Shown: piece by piece, positions 13,601 through 27,469 of the stretch
Layout of the letters: every line of letters starts with the position of its first letter
Numbering within the stretch: the first letter of the stretch is position 1
DNA from: Antedon mediterranea
Taxonomy: Eukaryota; Animalia; Echinodermata
DNA length: 64,000 nt
Assembly (NCBI RefSeq): GCF_964355755.1
Contig: NC_092675.1
Span: 26,074,912 to 26,138,911, forward strand
Reading direction: 5' to 3'
The notes under the pieces: model-generated
What the model was told of the DNA's origin: nothing
The model's input: only the letters and a program-made list of their open reading frames with translations
Databases searched by the model: none
Program-made: the position numbers and the translations under genes

Positions 13601-15028
13601 ACAGCGAGAGTGAATTAGTTAGAAGTTCAAATGATATAGAAAACGGTAGGTATATCGTCAATAATACATTTCTAAGCATTGTATGTTTATTTGAGAAATA
13701 ACAAATTAGTACAACGTGTTGTATAGGTAATTTAATTATTTACTTTACATGACGATAATTATTGAGAAACAACAAATTCTAAAGAAGCCACTCAAAAATT
13801 GCCACCGATATGTCATCGTTTCAACCTCTGCTTCTGAATTATGGTTATTATTGTTATATTTATGCACATTTCAATTTCGATTATTTTTAAGAATCTATGC
13901 CTACAAATAGATCGAATTGTGGTAGCATTATTGGTGGTTCTGTGGCAGGTGGTATTTGTGCTGGTTTGATCACCGTCATCATAATATCAATTTGGTAAGT
14001 TCTTGTAATGAATTTTTACAAGAAGAAAATATAATACCAATAAAACAACTTTGACCCGTCGTTTAAATCTACTATTTTACAACCAGAGTCAAATACGATA
14101 GGCCTACTTTAAAACTACTGATTGAATTGGTATTTAACTTTTATTCATGGTTGTGTTCCTTTAAGCCAACAAAAATTACGCAAAAATGTTAATAAATCTG
14201 ACGGTGAGGAAAGCAATATTTATCAGGATTACGCAGCAGCTAGTAATAATTCAGAATATTCATCATGGTAATTATTAGTTTCTATTGTTTCTGCCAAATA
14301 ATATTTACACCTCACATTTTAATTTAATTATCACATCCATTAAGTTTATTCATTGCATGCATTTATTTTGTTTTGTGTTTAGCATTCTTTGTGATATAAC
14401 ATTAGAAATGTTTCAAGTAGTCAATGTTGTGCAACTTGACTAATTTAGCAACAGACACAGCGCTGTTGATCAAATCTGCTGTTAGTTGAGTCCTGTGCTT
14501 TCTTTTCTGGTTGTATTTTGTACTAATCTTGTAATTTTTAAATGATAAGTTGTTAATATTGGTGCTACATTTTATAATAATTATCGAGATGATGTGATTT
14601 GGGCCTTTTGAGATCAACACTGAGGTCAATAGGCATAACATTATATTTTGTGTTTGTTTAGTAACCCAAAAAAAGTGACTAGTTCTAACAATGATGAGTC
14701 AACCGATCAACACGTGTATCAGAATTGTGCAAGTTACAATTCTTCATCAGAGTGAGTATGGCATTCAATATTTAATCATTAAGTACAATTGACATTAGAA
14801 AAAGGTTTATTTTCATATTTTATAAGAATAACTTAATACTGAGTACATAAATGTATCACCACAGGTAATATAATATAAAGAAGGCTTGTTTTCGGAACAG
14901 TTAAACCTCTCACCACACTTATACTATTTTCTGTTTTTATAATTTCAAGCAATTATGAAAATCCAGATATTGTTAAAATGCCTGAAAATCAACCATATGA
15001 GATTGTGAACTTGTTCAAGTTAAAGTAA
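7693..15028 (+). CDS. Gene B: complete kinase-less Tie-like receptor (~802 aa); SP, Ig1, Ig2, EGF x4, Ig3, FN3 x2, TM, Tyr-rich tail
   Basis: Exons 7693-7741 ([16 protein letters not shown]), 8113-8397, 9242-9493, 9904-10038, 10520-10669, 11036-11167, 11462-11593, 12001-12279, 12495-12803, 12947-13026, 13414-13645, 13892-13994 ([26 protein letters not shown]), 14166-14267, 14662-14751, 14950-15028. Sum is 2409 nt, a multiple of 3, with no internal stop seen. Confidence 0.85.
10890..11000. repeat. Foldback hairpin (~110 bp) in a gene B intron
   Basis: AACTATGAACTTGGTTACTTC pairs perfectly with GAAGTAACCAAGTTCATAGTT. Confidence 0.65.
11196..11316 (+). mobile_element. Minimal (~120 bp) form of the same Helentron/DINE-1-like element
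   Basis: Has both termini and one microsatellite block of the 16148-16982 element and lacks the interior. Confidence 0.75.
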
Positions 15029-15300
15029 ATTATCATCGATTACGAAAGCGAAAGATGCAACCAACATTTTGGTTAATGAGAAGACTTTCAACAGTACGGA
15101 AATCGTTAACGAAGAATTGATTCAATGATGCTTGACCCACAAATATTGCATAAACAAAATAGAGTACCGACGGTACCGTATATCTGTATTAGCACATTTT
15201 AAACATTATTAGTAAGTAAAAAGTGTTCAAATGGTTATATGTAAATATGTTACCTTTGTAAATTTGTACATTTCTATTTGATAATTCAAAATTATTTTCA

Positions 15301-15363
15301 AGTAATAAGTGTGGTCCTTAGTGACACAGCACATACACCAGAAGAGAAGACCAACAATTATAA
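15301..15363 (+). pseudogene. Relic of the A/C-type terminal exon downstream of gene B
   Basis: GTGGTCCTTAGTGACACAGCACATACACCAGAAGAGAAGACCAAC aligns, with small deletions, to the gene C last exon GTGGTCCTTGTTACAGTAACACAGCACAGACACCAGAAGTGAGAGAAGACCAAC. Confidence 0.7.
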
Positions 15364-15714
15364 ATGAAACTTTAACACTGATTAGATTAGATTATGATTT
15401 GATAAATGTTAAACAATAATGGAAAACTGTTGAAGGTGACAACATTTTAAATTTGCAATTTCCAAAAGTTGATTTTAGCATGTTCGTTTTATTTTATGCT
15501 TTTCATGTTTTATTTTAGTAATTCAGTATAAAAATAAATAACAAATGAATAAAAAAAAGTAACTTGTTTTATTTTTACTAATTGTATATCTCGATCTTGT
15601 GGAAATTTGTAATCGAAGACGTTATCTGTACTTTGATGTACTTATACTATCCAATTGTTATAGAATATACACATAGTAGGCCTAATGGTAGGCCTAATTA
15701 GGTTCCGTTATTAT

Positions 15715-15854
15715 TACAAACTGGAAAATTTTCTTTTTTGTTGAACCAAAAAGTGTAAATAATTTAGTGACGTGTCAACTAAACTTCACTATGGTATTTA
15801 TACTCATTGGGTTTGTTTGTTGGTTTAACAAAAAAGAAAACTTTCCAGTTTGTA
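15715..15854. repeat. Inverted-repeat element (~140 bp, MITE-like)
   Basis: TACAAACTGGAAAATTTTCTTTTTTGTTGAACCAA pairs with TTGGTTTAACAAAAAAGAAAACTTTCCAGTTTGTA. Confidence 0.65.
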
Positions 15855-16147
15855 TTGAATTCCTGGTTATGAATTTATTTAATAGCATTAGGTTATTATT
15901 GGTACGTATTGTTAGTACATAATTAAGAATTTCTTGAAACTCGTATAAAATCTTTTTCCAACTTGATTTGAAGGCTCTATTATTTATACATTTGAATGAC
16001 GAATTAAAAGTCTTATTTATACATTTAGATTATGAAGTTGTTGAAATAGAGAAGACCCCAAATGATGGCTTATTACCATGTTTTCATTTAAATAATGTAC
16101 ACACCTATATATTATACTGTACAATGCCATTGTTGAACAAATAAATG

Positions 16148-16982
16148 TTTTTAGTCGCGTGGAAGCGACTCTATAGTTCACTATGTCGGTCGGTCGGTCT
16201 GTCTGTCTGTCTGTCTGTCGGTCTGTCTGTCGGTCTGTCTGTCGGTCTGTCTGTCGGTCTGTCTGTCTGTCGGTCCGGTATCACTATGCGTTTTATCGCT
16301 TTATGACCTTATCTTGATATCAGTTTAATCTAGCTAAGTCAATTTTTCACAGAATATTCCTTATGGCCAGGAATCGATGTGGTTATGTTTTCACGGTGCG
16401 CAATAAAAAATTACGCGGTCTACGCACGATTTAACGAAATCACGTTTGTAATCATATCTTAACAACCATGAATCACAATTAAATAAAATTTGGTACTCAT
16501 AAATTTCAGGGCATAAATCATCATATGGCAATACAATTACGTGCGTAGCGCATGTAACGCATGCGTAAGCGCGCTTAAAATTTTCAAAATTTATTTTCGA
16601 TGAAATAAGAGTACGTTTCAGGCAATTTTAAGCGTTTACAAAATTGCCATGAGTGCGCAGATTTTTGCGCGCGCACTGCGCGTTAAATGTTATTGCGCAC
16701 TCTTCTTGCCCGATTTCTGTTTTCTTGACTTACTTTTCAACTCGAAATTACGTTATACGAGCACGTCAAAAGTGACAGGCTACGCACGTGTAAATTAAAA
16801 AAATATAAATGTTTTTAAACATTTCAACATTTTTAAACATGTTCAGTAATTTCGGTCAGTATAGTTCACTATGTCGGTCGGTCCGTCTGTCTGTCGGTCT
16901 GTCTGTCTGTCGGTCTGTTTGTCTGTCGGTCCGGTATCACTATGCATTGTAGCACGCGACTTAATGGCTGTTGGCCTTGTTT
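16148..16982 (+). mobile_element. Helentron-associated / DINE-1-like non-autonomous element (long form)
   Basis: T-run ends, subterminal inverted repeat TAGTCGCGTG...CACGCGACT, two (GTCT/GTCG)n microsatellite blocks and a small 3' stem-loop GGCTGTTGGCC. Other copies at 11196 and 22573. Confidence 0.75.
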
Positions 16983-17793
16983 GAACTTGAACTTGAAAAA
17001 TAGCAAACAGCAATAGTAATAATACCCTTTTCACAGTTCACTACCTCAACTAGTTTCAATTTCACGTTGTTTTGTTTCTGTTGTTTACTTAGTTATAACC
17101 CCAGTCAAATTAACACACTGTGATTGGACAACATCGATGAAAGTATTGATATTACAAGTTTACTTCCTTATACCGTTTTAGTTAAGGCATACTATATATT
17201 AGCAGCATTTCTATTTGAAGTACCTATCTTATGTAAGTATTCATACATTTATTTCTGTAAGTCAAATAAACAATTTAAAAATAATTATGATTTAGATAAC
17301 TTCACGCTTCCTTTTTATTCTAGGCCTAATTTAGAATGACAAATCAAGAGTGACACTCTCAACAGGTTGAAATTGATTTGACAGAACCATTATCTTAAAT
17401 GACGCACTATTATTTGTTCAGTTTATTTTTATAGATTGTTTGATATGTATACATATTTATGTTAAAAAATCAATAGAAAAAATGTAAATTAAATTTTTAT
17501 TTTGTTGAACCACGTTTTGTTCTCTCATTTGTACTTATACGAAGCAATTGATGTTTAGTTTAGGCCAATTTAGGCCTACCGAGCTTAGCAGGATGCACAC
17601 GTTATACGACACAGTACTACTAACATAGGTTTGTTATGTGATTTTTAAAGTTATGTGTTCTTTATCTTATTCGAATTATTGAAATAAAAAGGCAGTGATA
17701 TAACGATTACGCTGATAATCAACATAAAATTGTTTTCTTTCATTACGAACAGTTAGTTAGAAAATAGCTAAATGTATATACTTTTATTTTAGT

Positions 17794-20700
17794 ATGATTG
17801 TTCAAGTATTACTGTTGCTTCAAGTTATTGTTACCTGCCAGGGTAAGTTAAGTTTTCAAAATATATTCGAAATTCTGGGTTGTAGGCTATATCTAAATAG
17901 TGTTCAATCTTGATATCCTTCTAAAATTCTGACAAACTCCCGTAGATCTTTTAGTCAAACCTAGGGTCGTCAAAATAACAGTTTAAATTTGAAACTTTTA
18001 ATTTGTAATACAGTCACAAAATTAATTTTTAATCACACGGTGATATACTGAAAATGTATTAATATTAAACTAAAGGAAATGTTCTACTTTAGGAAATGAT
18101 GGCTATATAACTGTTTTGAATTTGTCTCCACAAAGCAACGGTGACACAGAATACCAATGTTACACTCCTAGTATATTCACTGGTTACAGTTTGAGTTACG
18201 GTAGATCATTTGCCGTCTTGAGTACTGACAGTGTAATTGATACATCGTGGAACGTTCCGAGCGATAAGGTGGTTGGAAGGTATGTCACAGGAGCCGTAGG
18301 CATGGGAGTATACTACTGTAAGATAGTGAAAGATGGCGCCACCACAGTCGTTCAAACTACAAAAATAAGAAATGATGGTAAGACTGTAATAATGGTAAAA
18401 CCAAGTACTCATTTTTTATACGATTACAGTTCGCGCGAATCGAAAACATCATGATTCATCAGCACTCATGCGAATTCGAACATGAACATGAAAATCGCAG
18501 CAATTTTGCTCTTGTAGCGACGAACCGATGGATTTGCGCAAACAAATTCGCCTAGTGGAAAATCGAATTTACAAATTTCACAGTAATTAACTGGCTTTTG
18601 ATTTAGATTAATGCTCATTTTTTGGTTTTTATTTAATTTTTTGAATTTCATACCCATCCAATAGCAATAGCAAATAACTCGCCAATTATAGGATGGATAA
18701 ACTATTTCATAATTTCTCATGCTTATAAACTAAGTCTCATTTGAGGCTTATAGGAGTGGAGTTAAGAAGTCGTGACTCGTGTTAAATAAAAGTTACATTA
18801 TTATGTTAATGTATTATTACGATAACAACAATTTATGTATGTTTTTTATGTATCTATATATCAATATATTTATACAGGATTACACAAACGGGTAAAAGAA
18901 ACCCTGTTTTGCATTGTGGTCCTGTCTTGAATACAAAACAAAATCGGGGAAAAATGTTTAGTTTTGTGAAAAAAAAACGAGATCGATTATATTCTCTATT
19001 TAGTTTGAACATTCAATAAATATATTGTATGAAAATAATGCATTTCTTTCTATAGCACACATGCATAACATAAAAGATTAATTAATAATACCATTTTTCT
19101 CAGCTTTAATTACGCCTGGAAATTCTAAAAACACAGTAACTGTAAATGTTGGAGATGACGTCACAATTAGTTTCGATAGCGATCTAAACAATGATTTAGT
19201 GTGGAGGAAAGATGGCTCTATTCCATTAACGATTGGACCGGAAAAAAGCATGACTTTTAACCCAATACAGATCAGTAATGATGGGGTTTATGAGATTCAC
19301 AAGGATGGGAACCGAGGAGATCGTAGACATGCGTTTATCAAGTTGATTGTACGAGGTAAATATATAATTTTAATATTTACAAAAACAGATTTCAACACAT
19401 GATGAGGTTTTATCACTATATATGCTTCTTACAGCCAATTCTTGCACTCATTTAACCTAAATATTAGTGAAATATTGTAAGCTTATGTGATGTATCTCAG
19501 GGCCAACACTATTCATTTTGTCACAAATAATTATTATTTATTTGGAAACTACACTTTTGAAATAGTGGCACGCTTCTTAATAGAAGGTCCAGAGTAATTA
19601 AAATAAAAGTTTAAAAAAATGATTTAACAAAGGCATATTAACAAGAAAACTTAAATTTAATTATGTACAAAATATAAAAGTAATAAAAGTAATACACGAT
19701 TTAATAATAAAATACTATAGACATTTCCATTGTTGCTTTCCCTTCTTTTACTTATTGCCCGTTTGGTAAAGTCTTTACAAAATCGAAAATCATGTGAACC
19801 AAGAAAAAACAATAATTTTTTTCCAATAATAAATTTAGTCAAAACACCAATTGCATAGATAGACTTTGCTCGAGGATTACCAATTCCTCCAGTTTTAAAT
19901 TCTGAATTCTGATTCAGAATTACTGGGTAGCCTACATAGGACCGCCTTTATTATTACCATCTGGTAACGTATTGAACCGCATTATAAAATGTTGCAATTG
20001 CAATTTCGAAGTCAAATCTATATATTAATGCTACTAATTTTTTTCGCGTAATTTCACTTTATCTCCATCGAAACCACTTAACGATACGTGCTCACATTTG
20101 GCACACTGATGTTTATTAAGGGGCCACACACGATAGGCTATGTTACTTTCCTGAATTTTAAGGATAAAAACTAACAAAAAGGGAAAAAAGAACAGTAATT
20201 TGACGTCTCAGCGACCATGTTACGTCAATGTATAAACTACGCAACCTCCTCTGTTGTGTACCGCCATGACCTGATCTATCATGCCGGACAGCCAAATTAA
20301 AACAGAGTTAGTCTCGGCAGCCGGTCAACCGATTTGAATGATCGCGTCGTTGAAGTTTTAATTAATCACATCTATCTTTTGAACAGAATGATTTTCGTAA
20401 ATCACGGGTTGGCTCAGTAAGTAAAACGCCGTGACCATTGATATCATTGATGAGTACGTTCGAGTTCGAATCCGCGATATGTGTAAATAATAAGTACCAC
20501 CGCTTAAAGCAAAAAAAAAAAAAATGAAAACTAGACCACAATGTAATTACAAAACTAACAAAAAAGATACCAAACCTCCCACAAAAAATTTGCAAAGTAT
20601 AAAAAACCATTGAAATGAAAAAAATGTAAACGAAATACAAAAAAAATACAAACACACGCCTGCACACAAAAAAACGAATCCAAATTGGTGTCGTGTTTCG

Positions 20701-23700
20701 ACAAAATCAATGGCCGTTAAAATAGTATTTTATTCTTGACACTTTGTTTGTTGTTTTTTTTAAATAATTTCTCAGGGGCCGGGAAGCATGAGTGCCCTTT
20801 TATTATACTTATTCATCCGATGCGAATTATTATTAAGGCAGACAAGACCGTGCGGAGCTAGACCACAATTTAATTATAAAATAGAAAATTTGTAACAAAT
20901 CTCCCACACAAAACACATTATCAAAACAATATCAAAACCATTGAAATAAAAAAATAATATATTGTAAACGAATAAATATTAACACACAAACAAAACGAAT
21001 CCAAATGGTTTGATTGTTGAACAACTTAACAATTTCTGTTTCCGCCGCAGCAATGTGTTTTTCGCCGCCGCGGTCTTCATCGTCACCATCGTCGTCGCCG
21101 TGTGGCGTCGCCACCGCCGTCGTCGTCATCATCATCATAGGTTACGTGCTTGTACAGTATAACAATTAATGAAATGTCTTTTATTATAGAGTGTCCACGT
21201 CACAAATGGGGTCCACCTGACTGCACTGGTGACTGTGAATACTGCTATAATGGAGGCGTGTGTGATGACAAAACAGGATTTTGTATCTGTGCACCTGGAT
21301 TTATGGGATCTGCTTGTGAATCTGGTAAGAACTAAGTATAAGCACTTATAGCATACATACATAATTGAACGGAAGGTGATGATAAAGCAAGAATACTATT
21401 ATTGTAACCCGTAGTGGAGAGTTGACTTATCTTCACAGACAAACAACTTCGACGACCGATAACTTCATTGAGCAGGAAAATCTAGATAGACCTTAACTTA
21501 TTTTGACGAACTTGGAGTAGTAAATAAATCTCGATAATATGACATGTAATGTTTTTAGCTAGGACACATTTCTACCGTAGACGAAACCAAAATAATGCAA
21601 ATCTGCTTTTCAATAGAATGCGGTGGCAATATGCATGGATGGAATTGCGAAAATCCTTGTGTCAGTACCGGTTCTCTTACTTCGTGTAGAAACTTTCAGT
21701 TTTGTTTACCTGATCCATATGGATGCAGCTGTGTTACTGGTTACAAAGGATTGAAATGCGATACAGGTAAATTAACCAATTCCACATACACATACGTTGA
21801 TTGCGATAGATTATAAACTAAACTGTTTTCAATGAATCGTTAACATATAAATGAACACCTGAAGATTTGGATTTAAAATGATCAAGAATCTGGAAGCCCG
21901 TTCGTACCACTATTTATTTTAATTTTATCTTATTTCCAAACCCAACCAATAGAAAAAATAATTTTAAGAGCTGTTATCAGGCGGACGCCACAGTAATTAT
22001 CTATTATTATTATAATGCATATGGCAAGTTTCAAAATCAAAGTAACTATCACAAGGATTATTACGGAAGCCCATTTTGGTCAATAGTTAGTTACATTGAG
22101 CGGTTGTTATCTGTATGTATTGCGGTCGCCACTTCGAATTGAAAACTTGCTATTATACATTATTTGGTCATTATTTTTACATGCAGTTTACACGATGTTC
22201 ATTTAGTAGGCCTAATTCACTGAAATTAAGTTGACTTTTTTTGTTTTAATATTTATATAATTGCAACAGACTCCAAATAGCAGCGTATTTATAATTTAAT
22301 TTAATTTTACAGTATGTTCTTCGGGTACATTTGGTGCAGACTGCAATCAAAATTGTCATTGTAAACAAGGTGGTTGTGATCGATATACAGGAAGATGCAC
22401 TGACACTGAAGACTCATCTTGTGCGTACCCGTGGACGGGATCTAACTGCCAAAGTAAATATAAATGTTAACTACCTACTGCACTCACTCCATACAATATA
22501 CAAGAAAAATACAAATAAACTATACATAAACAATTCATCAATAGATAATAATTCAAGCACTTTCAACCTATGAAAACAAGGCCATATAGATGGCTGCAGT
22601 CGCGTGCTCATTAGTGTTTACCGACCGACCGACCAACCAACCTACCAACTGACCGAAATTACTCAACATGTTTAAAAATGTTGAAATGTTTAAAAACATT
22701 TATATTTTTTAAATTTACACGTGCGTAGGCTGTCACATTTGACGTGCTCATATAACGTAATTTCGAGTTGAAAAGTAAGTCAAGCAAACAGAAATCGGGA
22801 AAAAGGAGTGCGCAAAAACATTTAACGCGCAGTGCGCGCGCAAAAATCTGCGCACTCATGGCAATTTTGTAAACGCTTAAAATTGCCTGAAACCTACTCT
22901 TATTTCATCGAAAATAAATTTTGAAAATTTTAAGCGCGCGTACGCATGCATTACATGCGCTACGCACGTAATTGTATTGCCATATATGATGATTTATGCC
23001 CTGAAATTTATGAGTACCAATTGTTTAATTGTGATTCATGGTTGTGAAGATATGATTACAAACGTGATTTCGTTAAATCGTGCGTAGACCGCGTAATTTT
23101 GTATTGCGCACCCTGAAAACATAACCACATCGATTCCTGGCCATAAGGAATATACTGTGAAAAATTGACTTAGCTAGATTAAACTGATATCAAGATAAGG
23201 TCACAAAGCGATAAAACGCATAGTGATACCGGACCGACAGACAGACCGACAGACCGACAGACAGACCGACAGACAGACTGACCGACCGACATAGTGAACT
23301 ATAGAGTCCCAGGAACCTTCCATTCTAAACATTATTATCCTTGTTGCTTTCCTTTGACTGAAGAATCATGACATTTAGATAACGTAGTATAACATCAACT
23401 GATTCTAATGCCTTATAATTGTTCTCATTTATCCCTTTTGGCTTGAATTCCCTCTGAGAGAATGGAAAGATCATAAGATGAAGGAAATGAATATTAAAAT
23501 CGTTTTTAAAATTTCAATTTCAAATTTCTGTTTATTTCCACAATATAACCACATATAATATACAATAACACAATGATAAACTAGTTAGGTAAAATTGAAA
23601 TTTTTTGTAGAATGTCAGATTGATATAGGCCTAAGCCTATTTGGAGAAAACTGTGACATTGATTGTAACAAACCATGTGAATGTCACCGACTAACTGGAA

Positions 23701-26474
23701 AGTGCATCCAAGGAACATGTTTTTCTAATTCTCTCGAACCAAATTGTGTACCCACGTATGACGGAAACCTGATAGCTAATTCTTCAAGTTCATCTATCAA
23801 CATTAAATGGACGCCGTGGGATACTGACAATGGAGAGGAAGATCTGGTTATTGGATACTTTTTATACCACAAACTGAGCAATGCTGATGATTGGAAGAAG
23901 GAATTCTACAATACTTCTTTATCAGGCACTGTTACTGGGTTGATGATGGACACACAATACACGGTTGGTGTTTCAGCTGTGAGAGCTGGCAAAGAAGGTG
24001 AAGGACCAATTGGAGGAAATATCACAGTAACAACACGTTGTGGAAGTATGTAAATTAGTTCGAATTTCAGAATAAAAATACTTTCTTTAATGATTATAAT
24101 TTCTAAGGATGAAAACCACAAATGTAAATAATTTCATATATTTCGTCAATTAAAAACATGATAATAGAATACATTTAAACATAACAAAACCTATCCATTT
24201 ATTGAGAGTTTTCCTTCTCAATATAAACATGTAATAAGCAGTAGTATCGATGGCGTCATAGATCATCAACTGTACACTCTCATGACTAATACATACTGTA
24301 GCAAACTCCTATATCTAAGAGATCCAATAATAACCCCCCAACCCCAATTTTTTTCACAGAACCGTCTCCAGTTGAGAACGTACAACTTCAAGTTTCGAAC
24401 ACTACTACTATCATTATTACATGGATAGTAAGTACAATTCTAGGTATTTTACTATTTAATCATTCCGTCTTTTAATACGAAAGTAAAACAATATTTTTTT
24501 TCTTTACATTTAAATTGAGCTAGAATCAGGCAATAGCCGTATTGGTGGGTGTTGTGACATAATTCTCATGCACAATTGTCCTTTTGTACACATGCTTACG
24601 TTTCCGTCCTTTTTATATACTTTTAGGGAAAACTTGGCGCTGAATCATTGAAATGCTCAAGTCTAGTATTTGTCTACAGAGTATATCTAAAAGTAATCAA
24701 CAAAAAAGGATATCGGGAAGGGGTTTACCAGACAAAAACGAATCAATTTATAATTGAAAATCTGGAAGTAGAATATCCTTACGCTATCTTAGTCACTGTG
24801 TCTAATAAAGACAGTGAAAGTGAACCAGTTAACATTCCAAGCATACCAGTTAAAGAACCAGAACAATGTACTTCTGAACAAGGTACTGTTAAACCAAAAC
24901 AATTTTTAAGTTTAATAAAAATAATAGTACAAATATTTAAGATTATTCAATAGAATACCGCGCTTTAGAATAATAGGTTTAGCTGAAGGCACCTTCTCGA
25001 TTATTTTATTATCTATCTTGTCTGAGACTCTAACTGCAACCTTAACTGGACGATGATGACTTGTAGATTTGAGATCTACCAAAGAAAACTATTTTTATAT
25101 CGCTAGTTTTATTTTACTACCTCGATACAGATAATAATATATGCATTATCAATAATCTAATGAATTTATATATACTGACAATATTTTGGTTCTGGTATTT
25201 TACACTGCATATATTAGTTTCTTGTCATGATGTTCAATCCTCAAGATTAGGTATTTCCTTTCACGCATTTTATTCAATACGTCTCCATTATCTTTAGTGT
25301 TATTTATTTCAAAGGTACATTCGGAATCATTGCTGGAGGCGGTGTTGCTGCAGGAGTGTGTTTTGGTGTCATCATTACTATTATGGTTACGATCTGGTAA
25401 GTAATCCAATTATTTTTTTGTTTAATTTTAAACTATAAATTAAGAATATAAAGAAAAAATGTTCAATTAATTAATTTTGATGTATTCTTTTTGAGCTAAT
25501 TTTTCAGATTAAAAGCCATTTTAGGCATGATCTATCTTGTTTTTTTTTTTTAAGTAAACAAAGACTTCGGAAGAATGTGAGTAAATCTGATGCTGCAGCA
25601 AATGATCCACAAGTCTACTATAACACTGCAAGTAACAATTACAATCATTTTGTACCAGGGTAATTTTTTCTTCTTATTCATTTCTAATATTTGATTTGAT
25701 CATAATAATATTATCAGAAAAGTTTAATGACCCGAAAACTAGGAAATTTATTTCTGGCTGTTTTAATTTATCGCTTTAATTTAGGGTTTTCTATTATGTG
25801 TATCTCCATTGAGATATCCAGCCACTAATACCAACAGTATTGTAAATATTCCGATTGTTGTGTAATGTCAACAAAAACCTAAATTAGGAGCTCAGAAACC
25901 AAACACAATTCCTACTTGTTTCCCCATCTTTGTACATTTATTTTCGGCCATTGTGGAAGTATAACTCGAGATTCTGATGAGATTTTGTGACGTCATCAAT
26001 ATATCGATTTTCCTGAAGAGCAATAATATAAATCAATTAAATAATAGGTTATGTACAGAACATCATCAACAGTTATGAAAAGGGAAACCTTTAGTCTGTA
26101 GAGCTTAGCAAACAAACATTCAGACGATAACTTGAAAATTGTAGATGTTATTGTGCGAACAAATACACATAATCCTAAAAAAAGTTATAACAGCTATTTC
26201 AATTTCAATAGCTATACCCAAGAGCAAGGCCGATAGCATTTTATGTCAAAATAAATGTGAAGATGAAAGACAGCCGGCCAAAGATTTCAAGTTAATGAGG
26301 TTTTACATCTTTGATGATAATATTTTTTTCAATACATTTCTTAATTCAAGAAAAAATCAAGACAGAGTTTATGAAGTAACTGATGATGATTATGCTACGG
26401 TAACTGGTGGTCCTTGTTACAGTAACACAGCACAGACACCAGAAGTGAGAGAAGACCAACCAATAAGAAAGTAG
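17794..26474 (+). CDS. Gene C: complete kinase-less Tie-like receptor (~693 aa), close paralog of gene A, lacks Ig3
   Basis: Exons 17794-17842 (MIVQVLLLLQVIVTCQ), 18093-18377, 19104-19355, 21190-21324, 21617-21766, 22313-22453, 23611-24045 (EGF4+FN3 fused), 24360-24427, 24627-24882, 25315-25396 (TM), 25555-25659, 26351-26474 (stop TAG). Sum is 2082 nt, in frame. Confidence 0.85.
22573..23308 (-). mobile_element. Second copy of the Helentron/DINE-1-like element, inverted, with a different 3' end
   Basis: Reverse complement of ~16168-16845 at high identity, including the (GACA/GACC)n block. Confidence 0.8.
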
Positions 26475-27469
26475 AGACTTTACCAAAAGAGGAATTCTTT
26501 GATACATTTTTAGAATGATTATCTTATCTCCATTGAGAGATTATTATCATTATCATATTTTTAAAATATAGAAAAAATTAGGCCTATATTATGTTGATTT
26601 TGTGATTATTATTTTATAGTATTATAAACGTAGTATAGGGTTTGGAGAAAAAGGCCAACAATCCCACATTTCTATTCTAAAAGAACCGTTGTTATTAGCC
26701 TACAATTCAGACATTGGGTATTTTAATACCATTTGTAGTTAATAAAAAAAAAATGTATTAGGCCTACTTACTGGATTATATCGGTACTAACTTCAATTTC
26801 GATTTTCAGAAAAATAAACATTCGATAGCAACTGAGCTGTATTTAAAATAGATTTCTGTAGTCTGGTTTAACTCATATCTTTATATTATTCATCGGTGAT
26901 GAACTTATAATTAATTAGTTGCATTGTAAATAATTAGGCCTGGCTTCTAAAGCTAGAATTCTAGACAAATACAAAATAACCTATTCGAAGTCTGATTTAA
27001 TTAATCTTCGTTTTTCAGGCTTTTGGGGGACAATACATCTTTAATAGTTAGAACTATGGTTTTAATTTGTCTAGAAAATGAAAAACAAAATTCTGAGTCA
27101 GTAGTGTTAAGATGCTTTCATTCACCTATAGGGCCTGGATTATAAGTGAAAGTTCCTGTTCTAAGAAATAGATGATGACCAGAACTTAATTCCCAGACAA
27201 CAACAAGTCCATCATTGCTTTAACATTCTGCTATGAGAATCACTCTTCCATATTTATTCCTGTGTAGGTAGATGTAGGCCTAGATGTGTACTTTTTATAG
27301 GTATTATAATAAGGTTGTTATAAGTTCTAGACAGAACATTTAATTGTATCTGCGTCAATACTTTTATGATTATCGATGTGGCTTACAATACTACAACCTT
27401 AACAAGTAGCCATACAATGTCTATGCTCAGTAAAACAATCCACCTGTGTATATTGTATTAGGACGGTAT

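Noticed and set aside
18420-18590. CpG-rich intronic patch possibly from a DNA transposon
   Set aside because: No paired termini or second copy could be established in this window.
20932-21138. Minus-strand ORF with poly-Met/Thr/Asp and a GC-rich patch
   Set aside because: Low-complexity trinucleotide-like sequence in an intron, with no splice or homology support.
7693-26474. Calling the genes TIE1/TEK orthologs
   Set aside because: Only the ectodomain is Tie-like. No kinase motifs (GxGxxG, HRDLAARN, DFG) were found in the window, so no gene symbol was assigned.
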